DNA of 64,000 bases from a virus (lineage: Duplodnaviria > Caudoviricetes), in IMG/VR virus record IMGVR_UViG_3300025909_000005, one strand, 5' to 3'. Below are positions 1 to 9,361 of this stretch, piece by piece (within the stretch, counting starts at the first letter, position 1; each line of letters starts with the position of its first letter). The notes under the pieces are model-generated. The model searched no databases. It was given only the letters and a program-made list of their open reading frames with translations, and was not told where the DNA came from. Position numbers and translations under genes: made by a program.

Positions 1-1
1 C

Positions 2-292
2 GATGTCTACTTCCAGATGAAGTACGACGAGGCCTGCCTCAACAAGAACGTCAACGAGCAGATCAAGATGCTTGACCGCATCGTCGCAGAACTCGAGGAG
101 GTTCACCGCCGTGGCATGGACCAGTTCATGCGCACGATCATCTACATCCTCGATACCTTCCGCCAGAACAACGTCGTGTGGGGAGTAGGTCGTGGTTCGT
201 CTTGCGCGTGCTACCTCCTGTTCTTGGTCGGCCTCCATGCCGTCGATTGTGTTAAGATGGAAGTTCCAATGACAGAGTTCTTCCATGAATAA
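2..292 (+). CDS. DnaE (Pol III alpha)-like N-terminal fragment, C-terminal part only (frame open to window edge)
   Basis: WGVGRGSSCACYLLFLVGLHAVD matches the DnaE GxGRGS...L.Y.LGIT.VDP motif. Confidence 0.75.
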   Translation, partial: DVYFQMKYDEACLNKNVNEQIKMLDRIVAELEEVHRRGMDQFMRTIIYILDTFRQNNVVWGVGRGSSCACYLLFLVGLHAVDCVKMEVPMTEFFHE

Positions 293-893
293 CCCCTACC
301 CAAGCCCCTGGTCTGGCCGCAACAGCGAACCAGGCGAACCGACTGCCTTCACTCTGTGGTACTCCGTGGAGTTTCGTGCAGCGCTTCGGTTTGAGGAAGG
401 TCTCGAACAGCTCGAATCTGACCGCCGAAACTTGGACATCTACGAACGGCAAACTGGCTCCACGATACACGTCATGCGTATTCGGCAGGAGCTGGACGAA
501 ATCGAGAAGAGGTTTAAGCGGTACATCCAGCAGCGTGATGGGGCTGAGGACGAAGAGGAGAAGCCGTCGCGAGTTCCTGAGAACTTCCAGAAGGGCTACG
601 CCATTCGTCTGGCTGACCTGCCGCCCGGCGGACAGGTTCTGTTCGATGGGAAGTACTCGAAGGACAAGGACACCATCCTCGCCCTGATCAAGCTGCGGTA
701 CGACGTCGACATGTTCGACTCCGATTTTGTGGACGAGTTCGATGTCTCGATGATGACCCGTGAGGAGGCCTACTCCCTCCGTCTGATCGACCTGGATGGC
801 TGGATAGACATGAAGTTTGAACCACAACCATGGGTGAAGAACACTGAGCTGAACGCGGACAAGACCAAGTGGAGGACCAGGAAGCTTCCGTAG
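285..893 (+). CDS. hypothetical protein
   Basis: 202-aa ORF overlapping the upstream stop; ends in TAG. Confidence 0.7.
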   Translation: MNNPYPSPWSGRNSEPGEPTAFTLWYSVEFRAALRFEEGLEQLESDRRNLDIYERQTGSTIHVMRIRQELDEIEKRFKRYIQQRDGAEDEEEKPSRVPENFQKGYAIRLADLPPGGQVLFDGKYSKDKDTILALIKLRYDVDMFDSDFVDEFDVSMMTREEAYSLRLIDLDGWIDMKFEPQPWVKNTELNADKTKWRTRKLP

Positions 894-909
894 TCTTGGG
901 GCGGTGGCC

Positions 910-934
910 TATAAATAGGCTAGTGCGATAAATA
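910..934 (+). promoter_or_regulatory. putative late promoters (TATAAATA / TAAATA, T4 gp55-like)
   Basis: TATAAATA at 910-917 and TAAATA at 929-934 upstream of ORF 962; motif recurs before many genes. Confidence 0.55.
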
Positions 935-961
935 TCGCCTTTTCACCGGAGAACCAAGACA

Positions 962-1192
962 ATGGGACAACTAGTACGTAGCGCCCGTGGCGAGCTGATC
1001 GACTTCGAACTGCTGGCCATCAAGCAACAACTCGCGTCAGCCCCTGTTCCCAAGGCCGTCGAGCAGCGCAAGAAGGCAATCGACTTGAAGGACGGCGTAA
1101 AGTCGGACGTCAAGCCAGATGTGGACTTCTTGAAGCCTTCCCTCGAGGCAGCTGCGGCTTCAGGACAAGCGAAGCAAATCAAAAGGAAGTAA
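962..1192 (+). CDS. hypothetical protein
   Basis: SD GGAG, 76 aa. Confidence 0.75.
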   Translation: MGQLVRSARGELIDFELLAIKQQLASAPVPKAVEQRKKAIDLKDGVKSDVKPDVDFLKPSLEAAAASGQAKQIKRK

Positions 1193-1193
1193 G

Positions 1194-1391
1194 ATGTCAG
1201 CATGCGCCTGCATGGGCCCGCCAGGAAACTGCTACTGCATGAGGCAGGCCCGAGGAGAGAAGATCGCGATCACTGAGACGCAAATCTCCGCAGATCTGTT
1301 TGACCTTCTCCCTGATGAGGACAAGAACACCATCAACGACCTGAAGGTCAAGGCGCTGGGTCTATACCTCGTCGCGAAGAATAAGAAATAA
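1194..1391 (+). CDS. hypothetical protein with Cys-rich N-terminus
   Basis: 65 aa, tightly packed between neighbours. Confidence 0.6.
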   Translation: MSACACMGPPGNCYCMRQARGEKIAITETQISADLFDLLPDEDKNTINDLKVKALGLYLVAKNKK

Positions 1392-1400
1392 GGAATCACC

Positions 1401-1724
1401 ATGCAAGTTGAGCCACTGCGCGACAACATCATGTTCCGCTTTCTCGATGAGACGAGCGGTTCAAAGGGCAAGTTCACCGATCGCCAGACCGCTTCTGGCA
1501 TCATCATCCCAACCCTCGACTCCTCGCAGAAGAATCCGCGCTGGGGTCAGGTGCTCGCAGTCGGTCCTGACTCGCAGGTAAACGTAGGCGACTACATCTT
1601 CATCGAGGCCCTTCAGTGGACCTTCGGCACGGAGATCGATGGCCAGAAGATGTGGAAGACCGAAGACAGCCGAGTTCTCTTCGCCACGGAAGATGAGACC
1701 CTCGTCTACAAGATGGAGGTCTGA
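1401..1724 (+). CDS. groES: co-chaperonin GroES (Cpn10)-like
   Basis: PLRDNI...TASGIIIP...GQVLAVGP...VGDYIF motifs of Cpn10; SD AAGGA. Confidence 0.85.
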   Translation: MQVEPLRDNIMFRFLDETSGSKGKFTDRQTASGIIIPTLDSSQKNPRWGQVLAVGPDSQVNVGDYIFIEALQWTFGTEIDGQKMWKTEDSRVLFATEDETLVYKMEV

Positions 1725-2182
1725 TGTTCAAGAAGAGCGAATACATTGCATATTCCCCTGAGGGTCTCCTTGATGCGGTTGTTCAAAAGATTCAGGCTCA
1801 GGGCAACTACAGGATCGGTGCACAGCTGCGAGGTCCTGTCGACCAAGTTTGGGACGGCAAGCTCGTTCAGCCGAAGGTGGACCTTCCTGTCGTCTCCCTT
1901 GACAAGCCTATCCCGCACGTTGATGTTCCATCAGTCATGGTGAACGTGACTCGTGTAAAGTTGAACCTTCGCCAACTTGACTGCATCATTCTGCCTGACG
2001 TGAAGAAGTGGCTTTACCCATGGGCTGCTGCTATTCCTCATGCAGAATGGCTGAAGGCTCGATCTCCGGGCGAACTAGTTCATGCAATGGACGATCAGTT
2101 CGACACGACACCATACACCCTAACCGAACAAGACTTTCTTGACCACGAGTACCTGATCTTCTCGTACGCCACGACCGACTAA
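1724..2182 (+). CDS. hypothetical protein
   Basis: 152 aa, TGATG coupling. Confidence 0.7.
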   Translation: MFKKSEYIAYSPEGLLDAVVQKIQAQGNYRIGAQLRGPVDQVWDGKLVQPKVDLPVVSLDKPIPHVDVPSVMVNVTRVKLNLRQLDCIILPDVKKWLYPWAAAIPHAEWLKARSPGELVHAMDDQFDTTPYTLTEQDFLDHEYLIFSYATTD

Positions 2183-2184
2183 CC

Positions 2185-3474
2185 ATGTTTTTCATCTTTC
2201 TAACGTTTGCGGCCGCGATCTTCATCGAGGCTCTCGGCAGCCTAGTCTCCGTCATCGGTATCTCTGCCCTGTTTGGCGCGAACCCGATCATCATCGCCTT
2301 GGCCATTGCACTGGACGTTGGAAAGATCGTTACGGTCTCCCTCCTGTACACCTACTGGAAGCAGCTCTCGAAGCTCATGAAGGGCTACGCCCTCATCGCG
2401 GCTGGTGTCACCATGATCATCACCAGTTCTGGTGCAGCAGGCTACCTGTCAGCCCAGTTCCAGACGGCCATTCAGGGCACGAAGGAAGGTGAGCTCAAGG
2501 TGTCCGTACTGAAGGACCAACAGGCCAAGTACGAGGCGCGGAAGAAGCAGATCGACGACCAGATCGCGAACCTCCCAACGAAGACGACCGTCACACAGCG
2601 ACTGCGTCTCATGAAGGGATTCAAGGACGAGCAGGCGGCACTCGACAAGAAGATCACTGACCTCGACAAGCAGCTTCCTGACGCGCAGATCGCGCAGATC
2701 GGCACTGAGGCTCACGCTGGTCCAATCCTGTACATCGCGAAGGCGTTCAACGTGACTGTTGAGCAGGCCGTGAAGTACGTGATCGGCATGATCATCACCG
2801 TGTTCGACCCACTGGCCGTGTTCCTGATCATCGCTGGCAACTTCCTTGTTGCTCAACGTAAGAAGAAGTTGGAGACAGGTGAGTTGGTTCACCGCACTTC
2901 ACCACTCCCTGTATGGGACGAGGTTAAGAAGGCCGCTGAGGAAACGCAACGATACACAGGACCAGAGGTCGACTTCGGTCCACCAGTTGGCAAGGAGTTC
3001 CCGAACGAGGAGCCCGCTCCGATGGTCGGTGACGAGCTCGAGCGGTTCAATCGTGCCCAGGAAGAAGGACAAACTGGCGGGTGGCGACGCGATGACGGCA
3101 CCGTAATCTATCCACAGATGCCTGACTTCGTGCTTGACCCGCTGCCACAACCGGCACTACACGCTGAGCCAGCGAAGGTGAACATCGACGTGCCGATGGT
3201 GGATGATGAGGAGCTCGAAGCCCGTCGTTTGAAGGCGCAGGCTGAGCGTGACGCAGAGCTCGAAGAACAAGCGCGCAGGGAAGCAGAGCAGGCAACTGCA
3301 GCAGCCAAGCGCATGCAACCAGGCATGGACTTCCTGCCGACCCCTCGACAAGAGATCACAAAGTCGACCCTTGGATTGGTCCAGCCTGACGCGAGCACGA
3401 TCGTTGATGCACCTCAGGTGCACGGCTTCAAGCGCTCGCAGTTGATGACCACTCCAACCAAGAAGAAGTCATGA
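2185..3474 (+). CDS. membrane protein with coiled-coil region
   Basis: three N-terminal hydrophobic helices, coiled coil, further TM segment, low-complexity C-terminus. Confidence 0.75.
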   Translation: MFFIFLTFAAAIFIEALGSLVSVIGISALFGANPIIIALAIALDVGKIVTVSLLYTYWKQLSKLMKGYALIAAGVTMIITSSGAAGYLSAQFQTAIQGTKEGELKVSVLKDQQAKYEARKKQIDDQIANLPTKTTVTQRLRLMKGFKDEQAALDKKITDLDKQLPDAQIAQIGTEAHAGPILYIAKAFNVTVEQAVKYVIGMIITVFDPLAVFLIIAGNFLVAQRKKKLETGELVHRTSPLPVWDEVKKAAEETQRYTGPEVDFGPPVGKEFPNEEPAPMVGDELERFNRAQEEGQTGGWRRDDGTVIYPQMPDFVLDPLPQPALHAEPAKVNIDVPMVDDEELEARRLKAQAERDAELEEQARREAEQATAAAKRMQPGMDFLPTPRQEITKSTLGLVQPDASTIVDAPQVHGFKRSQLMTTPTKKKS

Positions 3475-3905
3475 CCCACGAGTACATCACCGAGGCACGA
3501 TACAGGGAGCTGCTCAAGCGAGCAGAGGGAAATGAGCAGATGCAGCTCGGAATGCGTGTTCGCTTCCGCGACTTCGTCTTCACGGACCCAATGTACGACT
3601 CGTATGCGGACTATGAGGGTCAGGTGTACATCGTCTCGAAGTTTCGCTGGGACGATGAGTACGCAGAGAACGACTACGATCACGTCTTCCTGAAGAACCT
3701 TGACGGCACTCCAGCCTGCGGTGGGTGCATGGTGCACTCCGGCGATCTCGAATCAGCCGACAAAGCTACCGGTGTTGCTCCTCTGGATTTGTACCCACCG
3801 ACGCACCATTTTGAGCAGACCGTGCAGCCAGTGAGTGAAAACCACCTACTGGGTGCTGACTCTTGGACACGGTGGCTGACCGACACTTTCCTCGGTTCCC
3901 ACTAA
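3471..3905 (+). CDS. hypothetical protein
   Basis: ATGA overlap, 144 aa. Confidence 0.7.
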   Translation: MTHEYITEARYRELLKRAEGNEQMQLGMRVRFRDFVFTDPMYDSYADYEGQVYIVSKFRWDDEYAENDYDHVFLKNLDGTPACGGCMVHSGDLESADKATGVAPLDLYPPTHHFEQTVQPVSENHLLGADSWTRWLTDTFLGSH

Positions 3906-4039
3906 GTAGAGGGTGGACCTCCGCTGCCGCTTTGGTCTGCATGAGTGGACACCATGGTCCAGACCATTTCAAAAGAGAATGAACTCGTTCTGGTTCAGCC
4001 GGCGCTTTTGCCCGCACTGCCAGAAGATAGAGGAGAAAG

Positions 4040-4267
4040 ATGTTTCAGTTTCCATGGCCAAAAGGGACCGTTCATTCCTATGAGCTTCCCGCCGACTTCC
4101 TTGATGCTCTAAACGAGTTTTACGTGAGCTCGGAGGGATACGTCAGTGACGAGCTACCCATTCACCACACTGCCACCGAGGGTCCTTACATCGGCTTTGC
4201 GGGGTACAAGGTGCGAGTTACAATAGAAGAAACGTCACCAACAACGTATCTCGTAAGGCTCGCATGA
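4040..4267 (+). CDS. hypothetical protein
   Basis: SD GAGGAG, 75 aa. Confidence 0.7.
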   Translation: MFQFPWPKGTVHSYELPADFLDALNEFYVSSEGYVSDELPIHHTATEGPYIGFAGYKVRVTIEETSPTTYLVRLA

Positions 4268-4389
4268 CCACCCTCGCCGTTCTACTGTTCCTCTTCATGC
4301 TCTTCTGGTTCACGCTTCGCGTGCTAGGGATCATCCTCGCCATTCTGCTTGTCATCATCTTCGCTGCGATCTTCGGCGGCCTGTCGTGA
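4264..4389 (+). CDS. small hydrophobic membrane peptide (41 aa)
   Basis: MTTLAVLLFLFMLFWFTLRVLGIILAILLVIIFAAIFGGLS; ATGA overlap. Confidence 0.55.
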   Translation: MTTLAVLLFLFMLFWFTLRVLGIILAILLVIIFAAIFGGLS

Positions 4390-4503
4390 TCACTGTGATC
4401 AAGATGGACAAACCGAATCGAATGCTTCGGTTTGGTGGTGGCTTGAACAATGGAAGGTGGTTCGTGCGGTTGGATCTTTGGGCAATTGGAATCAGGTGGT
4501 CGC

Positions 4504-5004
4504 ATGGCGTTTGATCTGTTTGAAAGTCTTGCGAAGCTGTCGAACGGTGACCTGCAGTGGTACGACAACCTCTCAGAGGAAGACAAGAAAACGGCCTCAC
4601 CTCTCGTGCTCGCACGTTGGATGACAGGCACGAGCGACCTTGCCCAACTCGTCCGGATAAATACGTTCGTCAATCCCTACGGGTTCTCTCTCGGTCAAGA
4701 GAAGAGTCTCCTCTTCAAGCTGCTCGCTGCGGCAGCTACGGGGAAAACCCGGCGATACAGTTGGCTCAAGGCACCAGGCACGAAGGTGCAGGTGAAGCAA
4801 CGGGTCGAGGTCATCAAGCAGTACTACGGCGTCTCAACACGCGAAGCCACTCTTTACGCGCAGACAATCTCAGGTGAGGACCTCCTCGAGATGGCTGAAG
4901 AATGTGGTCTGGACAAGGACGAGCTCGCAAAGCTCAAGAAGGAAGTAGCTGATGGATCGGGAAGCACTGAAGGGACTGGCAAAGGGAAGGCGAAACTCAA
5001 GTGA
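4504..5004 (+). CDS. clamp-loader small subunit, T4 gp62-like
   Basis: SPLVLARWM...RRYSWLK...EVIKQYYGVSTREA resembles the gp62 family; start placed at MAFDLF. Confidence 0.6.
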   Translation: MAFDLFESLAKLSNGDLQWYDNLSEEDKKTASPLVLARWMTGTSDLAQLVRINTFVNPYGFSLGQEKSLLFKLLAAAATGKTRRYSWLKAPGTKVQVKQRVEVIKQYYGVSTREATLYAQTISGEDLLEMAEECGLDKDELAKLKKEVADGSGSTEGTGKGKAKLK

Positions 5005-5704
5005 GCCTGCTGTCACCCCACGTAAGGTGACCTGGACCTGTGAGTACTGCCAGCACCCGTTCGTAAGCGAGCGGGTCTTCATGAACCACCGCTGCAAGGA
5101 GAAGGGGCGCCTTGAGGAGCTGCGTGGTTTGGTTGGTCAGTCGGCCTACGCGTACTACAGCGAGTGGATGAAGCAGTCGAAGCGCAGCGTCCCACCCCTG
5201 GAAACGTTCGCACACTCGAGCTTCTACTCGACGTTCATCAAGTTTGCGAACCATGTTCGGCGCGTGAACATGCCGAATCCGATGGGCTTCATCAAGATCA
5301 TGGTCAGCAGCAACATTCAGCCATCGCTGTGGTGCCGTGACAACGTCTACGCACTCTACCTCCAAAGCTACGACACGGCTGTTCCTCCCACCACGCAGTT
5401 CATTGACTCGCTCGATTTCGCGCTGTGGATGGCGGGAGAGCACGAGGTACAGCCAGCCGAGGTGTTCTCGGCCATGGGCCTTGAGAAGGTGCTCTTGAGC
5501 GTGCAGAAGCGAAAGCTCTCGCCGTGGTTCCTTGTTGCCTCGAAGAAGTTCCGTGAGTGGATGGCGGCCCAGAACGAGTGGGACAAGTCTCGTCTCGAGG
5601 GTGCAGTCCAGGTTGGTGCCATGATCATGCGCATACAGCAGACTGAGAAGCACATCAAGCTCTTCAAGGAGTTCTCGAAGGCGACTGAGGAAGCAGGCCT
5701 GTGA
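4952..5704 (+). CDS. C2H2 zinc-finger-containing protein
   Basis: CEYC...FMNHRC motif, 250 aa. Confidence 0.65.
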   Translation: MDREALKGLAKGRRNSSEPAVTPRKVTWTCEYCQHPFVSERVFMNHRCKEKGRLEELRGLVGQSAYAYYSEWMKQSKRSVPPLETFAHSSFYSTFIKFANHVRRVNMPNPMGFIKIMVSSNIQPSLWCRDNVYALYLQSYDTAVPPTTQFIDSLDFALWMAGEHEVQPAEVFSAMGLEKVLLSVQKRKLSPWFLVASKKFREWMAAQNEWDKSRLEGAVQVGAMIMRIQQTEKHIKLFKEFSKATEEAGL

Positions 5705-5916
5705 CGCGCAAGCTCTTCGATTCGATGGATGAGGACTCCGCCCGCTTCTACCAGCGAATCTTCAACACGGCCCTCCTGAACATGCACGCAGTTCGGCGCG
5801 GCTGGTTCGACACGTTCATCTGCGAGACCGAGGACCCTACGATCTTGATTCGTTGGCGTGAGGCGGTGCCCCAAGTTATAATGCTGCTTAGCGCGGCACG
5901 AGACCGCAATGAGTAA
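5701..5916 (+). CDS. hypothetical protein
   Basis: GTGA overlap, 71 aa. Confidence 0.6.
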   Translation: MTRKLFDSMDEDSARFYQRIFNTALLNMHAVRRGWFDTFICETEDPTILIRWREAVPQVIMLLSAARDRNE

Positions 5917-5919
5917 AGC

Positions 5920-6492
5920 ATGGACGTAGACATCGACATTGACCCAAACTTCAAGCCGCTTGAGCTGTTCAAGGACTGGCGACGGGCGTCGCTTGTCAAG
6001 GACGGAAAGCTGTCAGCCCACAACGTCGGCGTCTACCCTCAGAAGATCGCGAAGGACCCGATCACGGGCTTCGCGGCAATCCCGTACGAGGAAGCTGAGG
6101 ATCTCGGCTACCTGAAGGTTGACTTCCTTCCGCTTCACGTCTACAAGAACTTCAAGACGCGCGCTGAGATCGACGCGCTCCTCCAGAAGGAGCCAGACTG
6201 GACCCTCCTGCAGGTGCCATCTGTTCAGCCGAAGATCTTCCAGCTTGCCAAGCACGGCGACCTTCTCAGTGACCTGAAGGTAAAGGACGTTCAGGAACTC
6301 GCTGACGTGATGGCTCTCATCCGCCCAGGCAAGAAGGCCCTCGTCGGGCTCTACAAGAAGGAGCGGAAGGCAGCTCGTGCCATGCTCTACGCGAAGGACG
6401 AGACCGGCTACTCCTTCAAGAAGTCACACGCGCTGGCCTACGCCTACGTCGTCTGGCTACAGCTCCACTTGATTGAGCAAGGGCACCTTTGA
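5920..6492 (+). CDS. minimal DnaE (Pol III alpha)-like catalytic fragment
   Basis: DVDID, HNVGVY, KVDFL, ALIRPG and YSFKKSHALAYA correspond to DnaE DxDxD, HAAGVV, KxDFL, ALYRPG and YxFNKSHAxAY. Confidence 0.8.
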   Translation: MDVDIDIDPNFKPLELFKDWRRASLVKDGKLSAHNVGVYPQKIAKDPITGFAAIPYEEAEDLGYLKVDFLPLHVYKNFKTRAEIDALLQKEPDWTLLQVPSVQPKIFQLAKHGDLLSDLKVKDVQELADVMALIRPGKKALVGLYKKERKAARAMLYAKDETGYSFKKSHALAYAYVVWLQLHLIEQGHL

Positions 6493-6494
6493 CT

Positions 6495-6529
6495 GTGTAC
6501 TTCTTGTTTGACTTGAGCTACAATAAATA
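6495..6529 (+). promoter_or_regulatory. promoter (GTGTAC-N18-TACAAT) plus TAAATA, overlapped by inverted repeat TTGACTTG/CAAGTCAA (possible TA operator)
   Basis: direct sequence reading. Confidence 0.55.
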
Positions 6530-6547
6530 CAAGTCAAGGAGCACACC

Positions 6548-6724
6548 ATGAAGCTGCACGAACTCACCAACGATCACCACGCCGAGAACAACAAGCCCGA
6601 AGCCGATGAAACGGACGAGGCCGCTTGGGATGCTTGGGACAAGCAGATCGAAGCTGACCTGAAGTCGGGCAAGCTGCAGCCGGTCATCGAGGAAGCTCTC
6701 AACCAGGAAGGCGAACCTCTTTGA
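6548..6724 (+). CDS. putative type II antitoxin (58 aa; missed by ORF track)
   Basis: SD AAGGAG; acidic; AWDAWDKQIEADLKSGKL..IEEAL pattern typical of antitoxins paired with ParE-like toxins; TTGA overlap with the toxin. Confidence 0.65.
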   Translation: MKLHELTNDHHAENNKPEADETDEAAWDAWDKQIEADLKSGKLQPVIEEALNQEGEPL

Positions 6725-7041
6725 TCAAGCACCGTCGCTCAATCGAATTCAAGAAGATGTTTGCGGCTCTGCCGCCGAATATCCAGAAGGAAGCCACTGC
6801 GCACTTTAAGCTGCTGCAGGAAGACCCGTCCAATCCGATCCTCCACTTCAAGGAGTTCCGATCGTCGGGCGGTGGCATCCACAATGACGGCACCTTCTCC
6901 GTGCGCGTCACATCCAACTACCGTGCTCTCGGCACGAAGGTGAACAGCAACCCACAGACCATCGTTTGGTTCTTCATTGGCGACCACAGCGCCTACATGA
7001 AGGTGGCGTCTGCGAAAAAGACCTACTCTCCGAAAAAGTAG
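6721..7041 (+). CDS. RelE/ParE-superfamily toxin
   Basis: LP..IQ..A...F.LL..DP.NP.LHFK...FSVRVT.NYRALG...IVWFFIGDH.AY pattern; basic, 106 aa. Confidence 0.75.
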   Translation: MIKHRRSIEFKKMFAALPPNIQKEATAHFKLLQEDPSNPILHFKEFRSSGGGIHNDGTFSVRVTSNYRALGTKVNSNPQTIVWFFIGDHSAYMKVASAKKTYSPKK

Positions 7042-7076
7042 GACACGCGTCCGCTCCCGTGTTGTATAATGGGAGC

Positions 7077-7568
7077 ATGACTCAAATCATCTACATCGTG
7101 CGCGGCAGCTGCGGCTCCTACGAGGACTATTCCGAGTGGGACGTGAAGGGCTTCTTCGACCCGGAGAAGGCCAAGCACCGCATGTGGCAAGAGCAGGAGA
7201 ACCTCAAGGAACTCGTGCGACTGACCGAGCTTGGCCGCAACATTTACCAGGAATGGTGCAAGACGCACCCGCGTCCGGTCTGCGCCGACCTGGTAAAGAT
7301 TCCGAACATCCCGCAGGGTGTCAAGAAGAAGGACTGGCCGAAGGACTTCGTGGAACGCCAGAACGCGGCGCGAGAAGAGAACCGAAAGATCGGTGAAGCC
7401 TACACGAAGGAAATGGGAGAGTGGTGGGAAGCTGGCAAGGTCGACGTTCTCGCTGAACTGCGAAAGCACTGCGAGGACGAGGAACTCCTCGCTCGCCTGA
7501 ATCTGCCGCACTGCGGCTATGCCGATCCGGAGACCACCTACGAGATCGTTGAACTGGAAGTAGAATGA
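7077..7568 (+). CDS. hypothetical protein
   Basis: TATAAT and GGGAG upstream; start at MTQIIYIV. Confidence 0.7.
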   Translation: MTQIIYIVRGSCGSYEDYSEWDVKGFFDPEKAKHRMWQEQENLKELVRLTELGRNIYQEWCKTHPRPVCADLVKIPNIPQGVKKKDWPKDFVERQNAAREENRKIGEAYTKEMGEWWEAGKVDVLAELRKHCEDEELLARLNLPHCGYADPETTYEIVELEVE

Positions 7569-8755
7569 AAGAATTCCTGAAGATCACCTACGGCTCGAAG
7601 CTGTACGGAACGAACACGCCCACGTCGGACACCGACGAGAAGGTGGTGTACATTCCTGAGCTCAACGAGTTGCTCCTGTGCAGGACGCCAGGCATCTTCA
7701 AGAGGCGCTTCGATGCTGAAGGGCGACAGCTGAACGACAACGAAAAGATGGCCGACAACGGCGTCGAGACCGAGTACATCCCGCTGCAGCGCTTCGTTCG
7801 CGACTTCGTCGCTGGTCAGACTTACGCGCTGGAGATCGCGCACGGCTACATGTCGAACGTCGACAAGATGACGGTCACCGATGCTGAAAATATGACCCAA
7901 GCGGAGTATGACGAGTTCATCTCCAAAGTGGAGTTCGTCGACGACCTCATCACACTCTTCTCGAACTCCGAGGTCTACTCGATGGTTGGCTTCGCGGCCA
8001 AGCAGACGTTCGACTACGTGAAACGCGGTGAACGACTCAACGAGGCGCGCAAGGTGATGGCTGTTCTGTCAGCAATCCGGCTGGACGTGAGCTTGGAGCT
8101 CGCTGCTCCTACGTCTGTTCAGGTTCCTCCTGAAGGTTCGTGGCAGCTTGAAAGTTCGAAGTTCAAGGTGAGCGACATCGAGACATCGAACCCGAATCCT
8201 GCTCAAGGTCCGAACAAGCGACTTGAGATTCGTCTCGACACGCCGTACCTTGGTGCAGCTGTGCTGGACGCAATCGCGCTGCAGACCGGTCTACCAATTG
8301 GTGAAGCTGTTTCGAACGGCAACCGAAAGCTGCGGACGCTCGAGCTGAACGGTCGGCAGTACCTCGAGACGACCACGATCGATCATGTCACGAGCCAAGT
8401 GGCGAAGTTGATCCAGCAGTATGGTGATCGGTCGACGGATGCGGCAGAAAAGGACGTCGACTACAAGTCGCTGTCTCACGCTGTACGCGTCTACGAACAG
8501 GCAATCGAACTGCTCGATACCCGTCGGATCAAGTTCCCCCGGCCGAACGCTGACTTCCTGCTCGATATCAAGCAGGGTTCGATCAGCCTTGAGACCGTGA
8601 AGGAGCTGCTGTCATCTCTCGACGCAGAGGTGAAGGAAGCCATCGCGACTTCAAAGCTGCCTGCGCGAACGCCCGCTCTAGAGGCTGAAGCTGACAAGTG
8701 GATGCTGGAACAGCTCCAGAAGATCTACAAGACGCACCGTCTCAGCGCGGAGTGA
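7565..8755 (+). CDS. DNA polymerase beta-superfamily nucleotidyltransferase
   Basis: YGSKLYGTNTPTSDTD (GS...DxD) and C-terminal KSLSHAVR helix. Confidence 0.8.
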   Translation: MKEFLKITYGSKLYGTNTPTSDTDEKVVYIPELNELLLCRTPGIFKRRFDAEGRQLNDNEKMADNGVETEYIPLQRFVRDFVAGQTYALEIAHGYMSNVDKMTVTDAENMTQAEYDEFISKVEFVDDLITLFSNSEVYSMVGFAAKQTFDYVKRGERLNEARKVMAVLSAIRLDVSLELAAPTSVQVPPEGSWQLESSKFKVSDIETSNPNPAQGPNKRLEIRLDTPYLGAAVLDAIALQTGLPIGEAVSNGNRKLRTLELNGRQYLETTTIDHVTSQVAKLIQQYGDRSTDAAEKDVDYKSLSHAVRVYEQAIELLDTRRIKFPRPNADFLLDIKQGSISLETVKELLSSLDAEVKEAIATSKLPARTPALEAEADKWMLEQLQKIYKTHRLSAE

Positions 8756-9212
8756 AGTGCTCGTCTTCGTGGGGCTGAATCGGTTGAACTGACCGTTTCA
8801 GCTTGATCTCGACGCCAGCTGGAATCTTGTTCACACGGCGGCGTCGCACCTTTGGTGGTGTGTCGAGCTCGTACTTGAAGTTGTTGCCGATCAGTCGTGT
8901 GACGTGAGCTAGCTCGAAGTTCTTGTAGATGCGGTTCGTGTGGTGTGCCATGCCCAGGCGCGAGAACTCGAACGAGAGTGGGTACTTGTAGGAGGCTCGA
9001 TAGAACCAGGTGGTGATGACTGAGATCAGCTGTGCGAGGTTCAATCCCTCCTGCTGGGCAAAGTCGAGGACGTAGGCCGAGATTGCTTCCTCTGTGATGT
9101 TGTCGACGATCACGAGGTAGTTCTCGCGTCGATACTCCAACACCGCAAGGAAGAAGTAGTTGCCTTGATCTGACGCAAATTCAACGTGCAGATCTGGAAT
9201 GCGCTTCTTCAT
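8742..9212 (-). CDS. hypothetical protein, late-promoter driven
   Basis: SD AAGGA on minus strand; TAAATA on minus strand at 9237-9242. Confidence 0.75.
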   Translation of the reverse strand: MKKRIPDLHVEFASDQGNYFFLAVLEYRRENYLVIVDNITEEAISAYVLDFAQQEGLNLAQLISVITTWFYRASYKYPLSFEFSRLGMAHHTNRIYKNFELAHVTRLIGNNFKYELDTPPKVRRRRVNKIPAGVEIKLKRSVQPIQPHEDEHFTPR

Positions 9213-9253
9213 GGGTTCCTTTAGATTCAGATTGGGTATTTACTGGCTGGAAA

Positions 9254-9298
9254 CTGTTACACTTTAGATGTGTACAAGAACCACAGGTTGCTTATAAT
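9254..9298 (+). promoter_or_regulatory. promoter CTGTTACACTT-N5-GTGTAC-N17-TATAAT
   Basis: near-identical architecture at 11118-11162. Confidence 0.65.
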
Positions 9299-9361
9299 GA
9301 ATCATCGGTTAAACAAACAGACGTTCAAACCGAATCAACCCAAACTTTGAAGGAATCTGAA

